DNA from: an uncultured Acidobacteriaceae bacterium
GTDB taxonomy: Bacteria > Acidobacteriota > Terriglobia > Terriglobales > Acidobacteriaceae
Length of the DNA stretch: 64,000 nt
Direction: 5' to 3'
Assembly (NCBI GenBank): GCA_963834075.1
Contig: CAWIAH010000011.1
Location: forward strand, 476,989-540,988
Shown: positions 17,439-27,195 of the stretch, piece after piece
Numbering within the stretch: the first letter of the stretch is position 1
Layout of the letters: every line of letters begins with the position of its first letter
Made by a program: the position numbers and the translations under genes
The notes under the pieces: generated by a model
The model's database searches: none
Told to the model about the DNA's origin: nothing
The model's input: only the letters and a program-made list of their open reading frames with translations

Positions 17439-20195
17439 ATGAAGGGTATGGGCAAGTCCAACCATAGTTCGCGAGGATTCACATTAATCGCCAGCCTGAT
17501 GTTGCTCATTTTGCTATCGGGTGTTGCCGTTGGTTTGATGTACATGGTAAACGGCGCGGGCAAAGTGGGTGGCAACGACTTGGAGTCGAATATCGCCTAT
17601 TACGGTGCGGAGTCTGGCATGGAAAAACTCACCGCCGATCTTGCCAGCCTTTATCAGCTCGATTTGGTTCCTACCCAGGCGGATCTGAACAATCTGGCGC
17701 AAACCTCTCCACCCTCCAACGCACAAATCGCGGGAGTGACCTATCTGGAGAGCGTAAAGTGGTCGCAGACTGACGCTAACGGCAACCCGATTACTGCTAC
17801 CACCATTATCAGTTCCGGCGCGAACGAGGGGCTGACGGCGGAAATCATCCCGATCACGCTGCAGGTTACGGCATTTCGCCCGACTGGTGCGTCGGTGAAC
17901 ATGACCCGAGGCGTTCAGGTAGCGTTGATTCCTGTATTCCAGTTTGGCGTCTTCTCAGATGGCGATCTCAGCTATTTCGCCGGTCCATTTTTTGCCTTCC
18001 AAGGCCGGGTACATAGCAACGGCAATCTCTATCTCGCAGCCAACTCCGGCCCACTTGTTCTCGACGCCAAGGTTACCGCGGTAGGGCAGATTATCCGCGA
18101 CAGACTCGCCAATAACCACACCGGCGGCTATACCGGCAGCGTGTATGTTCCGGACAAGACCGGCGGGTGTGATACGGCTGTTGCAACTGCTGCGGCGACG
18201 CTAGGTCCAGATTGCCTGGATTTTGGTTTAGACGCAAATAATGCGACCGATGATTCGAGCTGGGTCGGAGGGATTCCTCCCGCAGGCGCGGCCAACCCTA
18301 ACTGGAATACCGCATCTACTGGCACTTTTAATGGCATGATCGGGAATGCAGCCTCGATCGGGGTGCAGCCTTTAGAGTTGCCCTTTGTCACCGGGGCTGC
18401 AGGCTGTGCCACTCCGAACCCATGCACCTCGGCTCAACAAATTCAAATTATTCGTAAGCCGCTGGCCGGAGAATCTGCCACGACTCCGTTGGGTGCATCT
18501 CGCGAATACAACAAAGCCAATATACGAATTCTGCTTGCCGACCTGCAATCGGGTCTCCGGCCGGGAAGTCCCGCCAATGACGGCCAGGACATCGATCTGA
18601 CTGCGAGCTGCACACCGAGCCTTTCCTTTGGGATTGCCGCGCCGCTGGTCAGTACCGGCACGGCGTGGGCGAATTCCAGTCTGGGCGATGTCTCGTGGGG
18701 CTCGGGTACTCCTTGGCTGGCGGGGAACAAACCCGCGGCCTCCACCGATCCGTGCCGCGCCGCAGGAACCGAGCCAGCCACGCAATGGCCGCTGTACAGC
18801 GGTTGGCTGCGTGTCGAATACGTGGATACCAACGGGACATGGCATGGCATCACGCAAGAGTGGTTGAAATTAGGATTTGCGCGCGGTAATTTGCCGCCCG
18901 CCACGCCGCTGGTTGGGAACGCCGTGAATCCTAACGCAATCCTGCTGCTTCAGGAACTCGCCGATCGCAACGGGGACGGAGTCATCAACGGAACCGATGC
19001 TCCCTCGACCATCAACGGTAACAATAGTTGGTACCCAATCAATTTTTATGATCCTCGGGAAGGATTCGTCAACGATAACAACGCTGGCGTAGCGAATGGA
19101 TTTTGTTATGCCAACGGAATCATGAATGCAGTCGAACTCGACGTCGGGAACTTACGGCAGTGGCTGATTGGAGCCGGTGTCTATGCGGGTCTGAGCGGTA
19201 CGAAGGTGGACCCTAGCACACAGAATGGGTATCTGGTTTACTTCTCTGACCGTCGGGGCATGTTGGCCGACACGAACGCTGGCAATGTTATCAACGGTGA
19301 AGCTGGCCTCGAAGACGACGTCAACAGCGCAAATGGCGGGGTCCCGGACGGGGCTTTGGAACCGGCGACAGCGGGCTACAACTTCAATAGCGGCTACTCT
19401 CCGGAGGATATCGACGAAAATGGTGTGCTCGATAAGTGGGGAGAAGTCAATGTTTCTACCGGGTTCGGCGTCAGCAGCCCAAACAATCCTTACGTCTCGG
19501 TCGACTGTCTGACTGTTGGGCGAGCGAATAAGGTAACGGGAGCGCGCCACGTTCTGCGTTTGGTGGATGGGAGCCTTAACAATCTGCCTACGCTGGCAAA
19601 TGGCACAGGCGGCTTTACCGTGGCGTCTGAGAATCCACTTTACGTCTTAGGAGACTACAACTCAAATGCCGCAGATCCCTTTTGGGCAAACCAGAATGCG
19701 GCCGATATCCCTCACTCTGCCGCAGCCCTTATCGGGGATGCGGTCACCCTGCTGTCCGATAACTGGACGGACTTGAACGACATGAACAACACGATCAATA
19801 CCGGCAATCGCGCCGCGACCAGCACGTATTACCGAACCGCTATCGCTTCCGGGAAGAATATGGACTTCCCGCAACCAGCGGGAGCACCGGAAGATTTCGG
19901 TACCGACGGAGGCGTACACAATTTTCTGCGCTATATCGAAAATTGGGGACCGGCTACCTTGAGCTATCGCGGTTCGCTGATCAGCCTCTACTACGCGCAA
20001 TACGCTACCGGAATATTCAAGTGCTGCAACCTGGTTTATAGCCCGCCGAGCCGCGCATATTTCTTCGACACGGAATTTCTGGTTCCAACGAATCTGCCGC
20101 CCGGTACACCAGAGTTGCAGGATATTAACAATCTGACCTACTGGCAGAGCTTCACGCCGTGCACGACACAAGCCAGCGGAACCTGCACAAACTAA
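17439..20195 (+). CDS. Large PilX_N-type pilus-associated protein (918 aa) with EF-hand-like calcium-binding loops; possible tip/adhesin component
   Basis: N-terminus SSRG|FTLIASLMLLILLSGVAVGL lacks Glu5, as in PilX N-terminal domain proteins. It occupies the last position of the minor-pilin operon. Internal loops DRNGDGVINGTD and DIDENGVLD are present. Confidence 0.7.
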   Translation: MKGMGKSNHSSRGFTLIASLMLLILLSGVAVGLMYMVNGAGKVGGNDLESNIAYYGAESGMEKLTADLASLYQLDLVPTQADLNNLAQTSPPSNAQIAGVTYLESVKWSQTDANGNPITATTIISSGANEGLTAEIIPITLQVTAFRPTGASVNMTRGVQVALIPVFQFGVFSDGDLSYFAGPFFAFQGRVHSNGNLYLAANSGPLVLDAKVTAVGQIIRDRLANNHTGGYTGSVYVPDKTGGCDTAVATAAATLGPDCLDFGLDANNATDDSSWVGGIPPAGAANPNWNTASTGTFNGMIGNAASIGVQPLELPFVTGAAGCATPNPCTSAQQIQIIRKPLAGESATTPLGASREYNKANIRILLADLQSGLRPGSPANDGQDIDLTASCTPSLSFGIAAPLVSTGTAWANSSLGDVSWGSGTPWLAGNKPAASTDPCRAAGTEPATQWPLYSGWLRVEYVDTNGTWHGITQEWLKLGFARGNLPPATPLVGNAVNPNAILLLQELADRNGDGVINGTDAPSTINGNNSWYPINFYDPREGFVNDNNAGVANGFCYANGIMNAVELDVGNLRQWLIGAGVYAGLSGTKVDPSTQNGYLVYFSDRRGMLADTNAGNVINGEAGLEDDVNSANGGVPDGALEPATAGYNFNSGYSPEDIDENGVLDKWGEVNVSTGFGVSSPNNPYVSVDCLTVGRANKVTGARHVLRLVDGSLNNLPTLANGTGGFTVASENPLYVLGDYNSNAADPFWANQNAADIPHSAAALIGDAVTLLSDNWTDLNDMNNTINTGNRAATSTYYRTAIASGKNMDFPQPAGAPEDFGTDGGVHNFLRYIENWGPATLSYRGSLISLYYAQYATGIFKCCNLVYSPPSRAYFFDTEFLVPTNLPPGTPELQDINNLTYWQSFTPCTTQASGTCTN

Positions 20196-20219
20196 CTACA
20201 ACTGTATCGCCGGCAAACG

Positions 20220-20256
20220 AGGCCAATCCTGCAATCCGGATTGGCCTTTGCCTTTA
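20220..20256 (+). terminator. Rho-independent terminator after the minor-pilin operon
   Basis: 10-bp stem AGGCCAATCC/GGATTGGCCT with an 8-nt loop, followed by TTGCCTTTATCTC. Confidence 0.6.
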
Positions 20257-20305
20257 TCTCCCAGGATTGTTTGCTGCAGTGTAAGGTAGATTTTCGGAGG
20301 GAAAC

Positions 20306-20917
20306 TTGCCTGCCATCAAGACCTTGTTTTGGGATGTCGGAGGTGTGCTCTTAAGCGATGCCTGGGATCACACCCAGCGCGCGCAAGCTCTCAAGCAGTT
20401 TGGCCTCAATGAGTCTGAGTTTCAGGAGCGCCATGAACCGTTGGTCCCTGCCTTTGAGCGCGGCGAGCTAAGTCTAGATGAATACCTCGACCGGACGGTT
20501 TTCTATCGCGAACGTCCTTTCGGCAAGCAATCGTTCAGGGATTACATGTTCTCATTGTCGATACCAAAGCCGGACAGGATTGCTCTAGTACAGGAATTGA
20601 AGAGATCTGGAAAATATTTCATGGGCACGCTCAACAATGAATCCACAGAGCTGAATTTGTACCGTATCCGCAGCTTTGGCCTGCGCGAAGTTTTCGGCAT
20701 TTTTGTCAGTTCATGTTTCGTCAGGCTGCGCAAACCGGAAAGTGGAATCTACCAGCTGGCCTTGCAACTAACGCAAGAAGCGCCGGAGAAGTGCTGCTTC
20801 CTCGACGATCGTCCACCGAATTTGGAACCGGCGGCACGGCTGGGAATGCACACCATTCAAGTGACGGATACAGCCCAACTGCGGGTGGACCTGAACAACC
20901 TGGGGATTTTAGGCTAG
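20306..20917 (+). CDS. HAD-superfamily hydrolase (subfamily IA-like)
   Basis: Motif I variant LFWDVGGVLL, the FDxGGVL type. Motif III/IV region CCFLDDRPPNLEPAARLGMHTI. TTG start preceded by GGAGGG. Confidence 0.7.
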   Translation: MPAIKTLFWDVGGVLLSDAWDHTQRAQALKQFGLNESEFQERHEPLVPAFERGELSLDEYLDRTVFYRERPFGKQSFRDYMFSLSIPKPDRIALVQELKRSGKYFMGTLNNESTELNLYRIRSFGLREVFGIFVSSCFVRLRKPESGIYQLALQLTQEAPEKCCFLDDRPPNLEPAARLGMHTIQVTDTAQLRVDLNNLGILG

Positions 20918-20918
20918 A

Positions 20919-21905
20919 TCAGATCTTGCGAGGGGGGCGCACCATGGTTGAGCCGGGGATCGGTGCACCCGGTTTTGCAACGGGGTCAGCGCTTCCACCA
21001 AGGTTTAGATCGCTGGACCAGCAATCCACCATTGCTTTCCAGTCGCCGGCGGGCTGCCGCACAAAAAGGATCAGATATTTTCCGCGCTCTTCCCGTCGCT
21101 TGCCTACTGCGACGGGCACTAAGGTCTTGAATCGGCCTGCATCAAAGGCAATGTCGCCAAACAGCTCCACCCGCAAAGGCTCGAACTCGGCCTCACCTAG
21201 TCCCGCATCGAGAGCCGCGAAGAAAAATTCGCGAATCGCGGCCGTACCCCGTAGCGCCGGAATATTAGCGCGTAACACCAGAGCATCAGTAGCGTAGAAC
21301 TCCACTAGATCATCGAGTTGTTTGGTATTGCAGGCTTGCGCCCAGTCCTGCGTCATTCGGCGGACGGAAGCTTCCGCCCGGCTCAGCGCCGGCGTCCCGG
21401 AAGCCGCTCGCGTTTTCAAAGCATCGCGTGATACGGTTCCGTTGGCAGTAGGCCGAAAGTCAGGGATTCCCTGCGACTGCGCCCCGCCCGCCGGGAAGTA
21501 ATGGTGATGATAATGGTGGTGGTAGTGGTGCGCACCCGCCGGTTGCACGCTTGCCTGCCGATCAACGGCGCGGTCTAAAGAGACCCCGCAGGTGGAACAA
21601 AATAGACTTCCTTCCGCGCTGGTAGTATTGCAAGTCTGACAGAGGATTCCTCCCTTGGCCGGCTGTCTTACAGCCGCCTGGCCCGCCTCTTCGGCTCCGG
21701 TATCAAGGGCTAATTTCTGAATGGCTTGGAATGCCGCTGCTATGGCCTCCTGACTGAGGTCCGGGCGCCGCATATCGGATTGCAACTGATTAAAGAACTC
21801 ATCCACGGCCAAGTCAGACGAAGGGGCCGTTTCGGGCTTGCCGGCCGCAACGCCCGGGGCTCGGGATTTGGTTGGTTGTTCCAAGATAATTTCCCTGGAA
21901 ATCAT
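20919..21905 (-). CDS. Zinc-ribbon / His-Tyr-rich / DUF4440 (SnoaL-like, NTF2 fold) protein
   Basis: Zn-ribbon CQTCNTTSAEGSLFCSTCG. HHYHHHYHHHY tract. C-terminal NTF2-like domain (WAQACNTKQLDDLVEFYATDALVL...GKYLILFVRQPAGDWKAMVDCWSSD). Confidence 0.6.
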   Translation of the reverse strand: MISREIILEQPTKSRAPGVAAGKPETAPSSDLAVDEFFNQLQSDMRRPDLSQEAIAAAFQAIQKLALDTGAEEAGQAAVRQPAKGGILCQTCNTTSAEGSLFCSTCGVSLDRAVDRQASVQPAGAHHYHHHYHHHYFPAGGAQSQGIPDFRPTANGTVSRDALKTRAASGTPALSRAEASVRRMTQDWAQACNTKQLDDLVEFYATDALVLRANIPALRGTAAIREFFFAALDAGLGEAEFEPLRVELFGDIAFDAGRFKTLVPVAVGKRREERGKYLILFVRQPAGDWKAMVDCWSSDLNLGGSADPVAKPGAPIPGSTMVRPPRKI

Positions 21906-21925
21906 TCTAGTTGATTCATTTCACC

Positions 21926-22375
21926 CTAGCGACTCGAAAACGCGATCTTGCCTTCGACTTCGGTCGGAACTCCGTTGCAAGTGGCAGGACGGTAACGCCA
22001 TGCCCGCACCGCATCGAGCACGATCCTGTCTCCGGAGGGCCCCAGGCTTTCGAGCATTAAAGGGCTGTGCACGCGACCGTCGGTTCCAACGATGAAGCTC
22101 ACGGCAATTTGCGTGGCGGCCATGGAGGGTCCAAACAAAGGATCGGGGGTAGCTAGTGCCTCGGGAGGTTCGGTGGCTTCGCAGCTGATGTGCGTCGTCA
22201 TGAGCGACATCGCATCGAAATTGGCGGCGCGAAATGTCATCGTTTCAAATTGTTGCTGCCTTTTCAGGAGATCCGGCTGATGGGTGGACACACGAGATGC
22301 TTTTTCAACCGACGCGGCACCCAAGTGCGAAGACATGATTAACAGCACCAAGGCTCCGCATCTCCGCGACATCAT
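21926..22375 (-). CDS. Small secreted TonB C-terminal-domain protein
   Basis: ATG-ATG start at 22375 is preceded by AAGGAGAG. Signal peptide MMSRRCGALVLLIMSSHLGAAS. TonB_C-like C-terminus (VSFIVGTDGRVHSPLMLESLGPSGDRIVLDAVRAWRYRP). Confidence 0.6.
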   Translation of the reverse strand: MMSRRCGALVLLIMSSHLGAASVEKASRVSTHQPDLLKRQQQFETMTFRAANFDAMSLMTTHISCEATEPPEALATPDPLFGPSMAATQIAVSFIVGTDGRVHSPLMLESLGPSGDRIVLDAVRAWRYRPATCNGVPTEVEGKIAFSSR

Positions 22376-22984
22376 GTCGTGAACTCTCCTTCGATTCGTC
22401 CAGCCGTTCTGACTTGAAGAGAACCACAACGTCGGAACCTGGAAGGAAGCGCAATTATCGTTCCAGGTGGATAACTATTAACGTGTTCATTATCAGCAAC
22501 ATGCGATAGACAATTGGACCCTTGTGTTCATTGAAGGCGCAACCCTTTGCACCTTTTCGTCGTAATGGTCCTATAGCTGCAACATCTGTTGGTGGCGAAG
22601 TATAGTCATGACGTGCGATGTTCCGCAACAATTCAAAAGACTTTTCCGCGCGGGAATCCGGCCGATATCTGATTTCTAGTAATCATCCCCCTTCGTCCCA
22701 ACTCTCGACCACATACGAATACAACCAGATTTCTGCGAGAGTTCCGTCTCACCTGAGAACATCTTTTCTGCTCCACCCGGCAATAGGAAGTACGACGCTG
22801 AAGTTCACGACCTTCTTCCACGCGGACACTGACCTTCGGAAATCTTTCGCTATTACCTAAGTGGGGGCAGACTGGCATTTCTGTGCCACACAATCCAAGC
22901 GTCGGTTTGGGATGTGCCAGCGCAGTTGGTCCTAAATCCCCCGCCGTATGGCAACTCTCATACGGCCAGAAATAGAGGTCTTCA

Positions 22985-25615
22985 GTGAGAGATCTCCGCT
23001 CGCGCTGGAATCTGCTGGTAGTTGTGATTGCCCTGGGCCTCATGGCCGGTTGTGGTGCGTTACAAGCCGATCCACGCTCGGCCCAGAATGAGAACAGCGG
23101 CCAGAGTCTGTTGGCAAACAGTCCTGCCCTTAATTTCGGGTCAGTGGTTGTCGGCAACAGCCTGCAGGCAGACGAATATATTTCCAATCCGACGACTTCC
23201 GAGGTCACCATTACCAACGCGAAGGCGAGCAACGTCGAGTATCAGGTTGTATCGCCAAGTTTCCCGGTGACCATCGCCGCGGGAAGAGGAATCACGTTAT
23301 TGGTCCGCTTCAAGCCTTCCGCCGCAGGCAGAGCCTCCGCGACGATTCTGATCTCCAGCGATGCGCCCCAACCTTCGATCACTGTCCCGGTTAGCGGCAA
23401 CGCGCTGGCGCCAGGGTTGCTGGAGGCCACAACCGCGAGCGTCAGTTTTGGAAAGATCCCGGTCGGAACAAAACAGGCGAAGACGGGTAGTTTCACTAAT
23501 TCGGGCTCGACCAACGTCACTATATCGAAGCTCGCCGCCAGTTCGAGCGATTTCACTTTCTCGGGCATCACTCTGCCGCTCACGGTGGCATCGGGGCAGA
23601 CGGTGAATTTTAGCGTAATTTTCGCGCCGACATCCAGCGGCACCTTTACGGGAAAAATCTCCGCCACGGCAGCCGCGTCGATGGTCGCTTCACAGCCTAG
23701 TTTTCAGACTTCGGCAGACGACACTCCGCAAACCCAGGAGGCGACGAGCGAGACAGAAACGGCGAGCATCCTGGTATCCGGCACGGCCACTGGCAGTCAG
23801 ACAAGCACCTCGGGAACGACGGTAGGACAATTGACCGCGACGCCAGTCAGCTTCGGAAGTCCACTCGTGGGTAGTTCGCAGACCAAAACTCTCGCCATCT
23901 CTAACAACGGGACGGCCAGCGTAACTGTTTCCCAAGCGACCGCTGAGGGCGCCGGGTTTTCAGTGGCTGGTAACAATTTCCCGATGACGATTCCCGGTAA
24001 TGGTACCGGCGATCTAACCGTCACATTTACTGCACAGACTTCCGGACCCGCAACCGGCAGTGTCCTCATCGCAAGCAATGCCGCCAACCCAAGTCTGAGT
24101 GTGGGATTGTCGGCAACCGTCGTAACGCCTGGCGTGCTCGCGGTAAGCTCGAATCCGGTTGCGTTTGGGACGATTCCGGTGGGCAGCAGCCAAAGTGCGT
24201 CGGCCACGATCACCAACAAGGGCGGTTCCAGCGTCACCCTGACCCAAGCCACGGTAACCGGAAACGGTTTTAGCATGACCAGCATGGGCACGCCCATGAC
24301 ATTAGGACCGAATCAAAGTGCAAACATCAGCCTTACATGCACGCCTAAGTCGGCGGGTAATTTAAGCGGCAGTCTATCGATTGCCTCCAACGCTTCGAAT
24401 TCAAGCGTCGCCGTTCCACTCACTGCGACGGCAGTTGCTGCTGGGACCCTCAGTGCCACCGCGAGCAGCATCAGCTTCGGCAATGTGACAGTGGGAAGTA
24501 GTCAGTCTCTGCCAGAGACTCTGACCAACTCTGGAGGAATCGCCATCACCCTGACCCAGATTGCGGCTGGCGCCGGGTTCAGCGTTACCGGGCTTAACTT
24601 ACCAGTGACATTGAACGCCGGACAGAGTGCGTCGTTCAGCGTAGCCTTTGCTCCCCAGTCCGCGGGAAGCAGTAACGTCAATCTCGCCATCACAAACAGC
24701 GGTTCTTCGAGCGCCTTCTCCATTCCGCTATCTGGCACTGGCGTTTCATCCGCAAGCTTGAGCGCGACCTCAGTCAGCTTCGGCACCGTACAGGTTGGCA
24801 GCAGCAGTACGAAAACTGCTTCGCTCACCAATTCGGGTGGTTCGAGCGTGACGGTGTCCCAGGCGAACCTAACCGGTTCGAGCTTCACTATATCGGGAAT
24901 TACATTGCCGCTGACTTTGTCCGCAGGTCAAACCTTCACCTTCAGCGTGAGCTTCTCGCCACAATCGGCTGGATCGGACAGCGGTACCATAGCATTGGTC
25001 TCCAATGCATCGGGGACGGCACCGTCCATTTCACTCTCGGGGACAGGCGCAGCTTCGGGCCAATTCTCGGTCAATCCGGGCAGCTTCAGCTTTGGCAGCG
25101 TGGGCGTAGGAGCAAGCAAGAGCCTTTCGGCCACGCTTAACGCCACTGGTTCCAGCGTGACCGTAAACTCCGCGTCGGTAAGCACCTCGGAGTTCGCGTT
25201 GACGGGACCGTCGCTTCCGATGACGATACCGGCTGGCGGCACAGCGTCCTTCACCCTGACGTTCACGCCGCAGTCTGCCGGGGCGGCATCCGCCACTATG
25301 TCTTTCGCGACCAATGCATCCGGCTCGCCTGCATCCGAATCTCTTAGCGGGACAGGGACCGCAGCGGTTCAGCACGCCGCGAACCTATCGTGGAGCGACA
25401 CTGGTTCCGGTGTGACCGGCTATAACATCTACCGGAGCGGCACCCAGGGAGGTCCTTACGGCAAACTCGATAGTTCCGCCGATACCGCTACGACCTACAC
25501 CGACAGTACCGTACAGGCCGGCCAGACCTACTACTACGTCACCACCTCCATCGCCAGCGATGGGACCGAGAGCGCTTACTCGAACCAAGTGAGCGCCGTA
25601 ATTCCAACACCGTAA
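22985..25615 (+). CDS. Repetitive cell-surface (lipo)protein: 7 choice-of-anchor-D/ASH-like Ig-fold repeats plus a C-terminal fibronectin type III domain
   Basis: Signal/lipobox-like LGLMAGC. Seven repeats of about 100 aa follow the pattern L..s..s(V/L)sFG.V.VGss....lt(L/I)tN.G.s.vtis....sG..F..sG...P.tl..Gqs..f.v.F.P.s.G...g.l.i.SNa..s......sGtG. The FN3 tail reads NLSWSDTGSGVTGYNIYRSGTQGGPYGKL...TYTDSTVQAGQTYYYVTTSI. GTG start. Confidence 0.8.
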   Translation: MRDLRSRWNLLVVVIALGLMAGCGALQADPRSAQNENSGQSLLANSPALNFGSVVVGNSLQADEYISNPTTSEVTITNAKASNVEYQVVSPSFPVTIAAGRGITLLVRFKPSAAGRASATILISSDAPQPSITVPVSGNALAPGLLEATTASVSFGKIPVGTKQAKTGSFTNSGSTNVTISKLAASSSDFTFSGITLPLTVASGQTVNFSVIFAPTSSGTFTGKISATAAASMVASQPSFQTSADDTPQTQEATSETETASILVSGTATGSQTSTSGTTVGQLTATPVSFGSPLVGSSQTKTLAISNNGTASVTVSQATAEGAGFSVAGNNFPMTIPGNGTGDLTVTFTAQTSGPATGSVLIASNAANPSLSVGLSATVVTPGVLAVSSNPVAFGTIPVGSSQSASATITNKGGSSVTLTQATVTGNGFSMTSMGTPMTLGPNQSANISLTCTPKSAGNLSGSLSIASNASNSSVAVPLTATAVAAGTLSATASSISFGNVTVGSSQSLPETLTNSGGIAITLTQIAAGAGFSVTGLNLPVTLNAGQSASFSVAFAPQSAGSSNVNLAITNSGSSSAFSIPLSGTGVSSASLSATSVSFGTVQVGSSSTKTASLTNSGGSSVTVSQANLTGSSFTISGITLPLTLSAGQTFTFSVSFSPQSAGSDSGTIALVSNASGTAPSISLSGTGAASGQFSVNPGSFSFGSVGVGASKSLSATLNATGSSVTVNSASVSTSEFALTGPSLPMTIPAGGTASFTLTFTPQSAGAASATMSFATNASGSPASESLSGTGTAAVQHAANLSWSDTGSGVTGYNIYRSGTQGGPYGKLDSSADTATTYTDSTVQAGQTYYYVTTSIASDGTESAYSNQVSAVIPTP

Positions 25616-25642
25616 CTCAATTCGTTATTGCCGCACCCTCCG

Positions 25643-25675
25643 CAGCCGGGCTTTCAGTCCGGCTGTAGTTTTCTC
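25643..25675 (+). terminator. Rho-independent terminator
   Basis: Stem CAGCCGGGCT/AGTCCGGCTG (one mismatch) followed by TAGTTTTCTCTC, 28 nt after the stop. Confidence 0.5.
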
Positions 25676-25825
25676 TCGCGAAATGAGCCTTAACGCTACC
25701 GGAGAGGCACGTCCGGCAAGGGCCGTATCGATCTAGCCCCCATGCGAGAGGTACACAAACCAATGAGTATTTCCTGCCCCACCGGGACCTATGCCTGGAA
25801 CGAAAATGAATGAAAACTAGGTGAC

Positions 25826-27157
25826 ATGAATTTCCCCCAAATCGTTACTAGGCGCTCCCTTTCCTTGGCTCTAGCCGTGGGCGCGTGCCTTGGTTTTACA
25901 GCCCAGGCGACGCCGGCGGCAGCGGCTACGCTGAAACTCTCTCAAAGTTCCCTCGAAGCCGGACAGATTACCGTGGGTCGGACCGCGACGCTTGCGTGTA
26001 CATTAACCAACAGCGGCCCACAGAGCGTAACCATTTCCAAGGCTACGCTCAGCAAATCGGTCTATCAGATTCTCTCGCCAACATTTCCTCTCACGCTGGC
26101 ATCCGGCAAGAGTGCGGCAGTCTCGATCCGTTTCACTCCCACGACGGCGCAGTGGGATTGGGCTACCGTAACCTTCGCCAGCAATGCGGCGGACTCCAAC
26201 CTAATACTGCAGTTGAACGGAGGAGGAATTGCCGCGAAAGGCAGCAGCGTCGGGAGCACCACGGGGAGCGGCGGCACGACCGCGACCGGCAGTCTTTCTG
26301 CGAGCCGGACAAGCGTAAATTTTGGCACCGTGAAGTCTGGCAGCGCCAATAGCGTGACCGAAACCGTGAGTAACGTTGGCAAGGCCGCCGTGACCATTTC
26401 TTCTGCCAAGACCAGCGGCACCGGGTTCAGTGACACCGGCATCACCGTGCCCTTGACTCTGGATGCGTCGCAGAGTGTCACCTTCACCGTCAAGTTCGAC
26501 CCAACTGCCGCTGGCACCGATACCGGCAGCTTGGTCCTTACCTCCAATGCCGCAACCAAGACGCTGACTGTTCCCTTATCCGGCACGGGCGATGCCACTG
26601 GAACGCTGGCGGTTTCGCCCACTACCGCAACCCTCGGCAGCGTGGCGGTCGGATCAAGTAAAACGATGGCGGCCACACTAACGGCCTCAGGATCGAGCAT
26701 CGTTGTCGCCGGCGCAACCACGACCAGTTCAGAATTCAGCGTGAGTGGAATGTCATTCCCGGTGACCATCGCCGCTGGCAAGACCGCATCCTTCACGGTA
26801 AAGTTCACTCCCAACAGCTCGGGAACCGCTACGGGCACGCTATCCTTTGCAGGAGACGCATCGAACTCGCCGGCGGTTGAATCCTTGACCGGCACTGGAA
26901 CTGCCGCAACCACCGCGACACATACGGTCGCTCTTTCCTGGAAAGCGAGCGCGTCGAGCGTTTCGGGGTACGAGGTCTATAGAGGCACCGTTTCTGGCGG
27001 ACCCTACAGTAAGGTGAACGCCTCTCTCGATTCCAGCACGTCCTACAGCGACACTACCGTTCAGGCTGGTGAGACGTATTACTACGTGGTGACGGGCGTG
27101 AATTCGGCAGACACTCAGAGCAATTATTCAAACCAGGTAACTGCTGTCGTTCCGTAA
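25826..27157 (+). CDS. Paralogous surface protein: 3 choice-of-anchor-D/ASH-like repeats plus C-terminal FN3
   Basis: Signal peptide ...LALAVGACLGFTAQATPAAA. Three repeats of the same family. FN3 tail: ALSWKASASSVSGYEVYRGTVSGGPYSKV...SYSDTTVQAGETYYYVVTGV. Confidence 0.8.
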   Translation: MNFPQIVTRRSLSLALAVGACLGFTAQATPAAAATLKLSQSSLEAGQITVGRTATLACTLTNSGPQSVTISKATLSKSVYQILSPTFPLTLASGKSAAVSIRFTPTTAQWDWATVTFASNAADSNLILQLNGGGIAAKGSSVGSTTGSGGTTATGSLSASRTSVNFGTVKSGSANSVTETVSNVGKAAVTISSAKTSGTGFSDTGITVPLTLDASQSVTFTVKFDPTAAGTDTGSLVLTSNAATKTLTVPLSGTGDATGTLAVSPTTATLGSVAVGSSKTMAATLTASGSSIVVAGATTTSSEFSVSGMSFPVTIAAGKTASFTVKFTPNSSGTATGTLSFAGDASNSPAVESLTGTGTAATTATHTVALSWKASASSVSGYEVYRGTVSGGPYSKVNASLDSSTSYSDTTVQAGETYYYVVTGVNSADTQSNYSNQVTAVVP

Positions 27158-27160
27158 TAA

Positions 27161-27195
27161 AACAGGGGGAGCCTTGCCGGGCTCCCCCCTGTTTC
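27161..27195 (+). terminator. Rho-independent terminator
   Basis: GC-rich hairpin AACAGGGGGAGCC-ttgcc-GGCTCCCCCCTGTT (one bulged base) followed by TCAATTC, immediately after the TAATAA stops. Confidence 0.7.

Noticed and set aside
22866-22880. TGGCAT-N-TGCC sigma-54-like motif upstream of the first surface paralogue
   Set aside because: The GG-to-GC spacing is one nucleotide short of the canonical -24/-12 geometry, and the -12 element is poor. It was not reported as a promoter.
22633-23232. 199-aa minus-strand ORF overlapping the start of the 7-repeat surface protein
   Set aside because: It overlaps a strongly supported plus-strand gene and runs through the AT-richer leader. It shows no family resemblance.
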